A DNA stretch of 62,224 nucleotides, counting the filler, from Pirum gemmata (Eukaryota): assembly GCA_002812295.1 (NCBI GenBank). It is 16 parts of 16 records of this genome, joined end to end, with 100 filler letters (N's around TTAATTAATTAA, not from the genome) between each part and the next. Parts side by side here need not be neighbours in the genome. Positions count along the whole stretch, not along the records: positions 58,045 to 62,224 come from PDIN01002400.1; 15 more parts are not named here. The stretch is one strand, 5' to 3'. Both the position numbers and the translations under genes were made by a program. The first letter of the stretch is position 1. Every line of letters starts with the position of its first letter. This document shows positions 61,441 to 62,224 of this stretch, piece after piece. The notes beneath the pieces are model-generated. The model searched no databases, had not been told where the DNA came from, and was given only the letters and a program-made list of their open reading frames with translations.

Positions 61441-62224
61441 GATTGAATATTTAGAAAAAAATACACTTTAATAAAATAATAATAGTAATAATAATAATAA
61501 TAATGAAAATTTGCAATAATACTAATATTAATATTTTTTTTTACTTTTTTTTCTATTTTTTTTTTTTTGATAGAAAATTTTGATAACAAACAACCATAAT
61601 AGACTACTAGCTAGAGCAGACTTGCACATTTGTTGGATTTTTTTTTTTTTTTTGTGCCATGCTTCATTAGGCGAATTTTGTGCGATAAAAAATTCTTCGC
61701 AGTATCCTGCGGAGTCATATTAAAAGAGATTTAAGACTATCAGCTAGAAACTACCTCATCAAACAAGCAACTAATATCTAGAAATCGAACTTTTTTTTTT
61801 TTTTTTTTTTTTTTGGATATAGAATTTTCAAATCTTATATTTAATTTATTTATTTTAGACTCGAATAATACATTTTACGAACGATCCCTCGGACTCGAAC
61901 TTATTTAATGTATTCGAGCCGGGTCATAATGGCTCACTGAAAAGGAATTATTTAATTAAGTGATTAGATGAATATGCTGAATATGAAAGATCTAAAACAA
62001 GCGAGAAAATGCGAATTATTTAAACTCGAATATTTTTTTAGTATATTTCATAAAATTGTTAGTCTTTTTTTCGATCAATTACTATTCATTATTATTAATT
62101 GAAAAAATTAATGATTACGAATCATTTTCCAATGTCGAACTGATAAGAATTTTTCGCAATATGTTCGCACCAGTGTCGGTTTTATTTCCTCTTGATCTTT
62201 AATTTGATACCATTTCAGTTTATG

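Overview
Very AT-rich, intron-containing eukaryotic DNA with TTAGGG repeats. The gene content suggests an opisthokont-like protist, possibly a unicellular holozoan, but this is inference only. The window is not contiguous: 15 identical 100-nt linkers (N44-TTAATTAATTAA-N44) join 16 separate scaffolds of about 3.4-5.7 kb, so no synteny can be read across them. Recognisable genes, mostly partial: a 1096-aa two-finger GATA factor; a Gln-rich protein ending in a degenerate PARP-like domain; a 138-aa orphan secreted protein; three 3' exons of NUDCD1; one P4-ATPase exon; three DUF4246-family exons in apparently scrambled order; the last exon of an LRR transmembrane receptor with a Tyr-rich tail; and four 5' exons of zuotin/DNAJC2. 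Non-coding DNA holds a small non-autonomous LTR element, several MITE/hAT families, a long-TIR element, many telomeric arrays away from obvious chromosome ends, and (TAGC)n patches. Virus/Polinton-like debris includes a polB motif and a helicase motif VI. The best leads are the pseudo-PARP, an apparent snap-back micro-insertion process building TAGC arrays, telomeric arrays sitting at intron branch-point positions or in inverted cassettes, and the viral-like fragments. All family assignments are by eye from remembered motifs; no searches were run.
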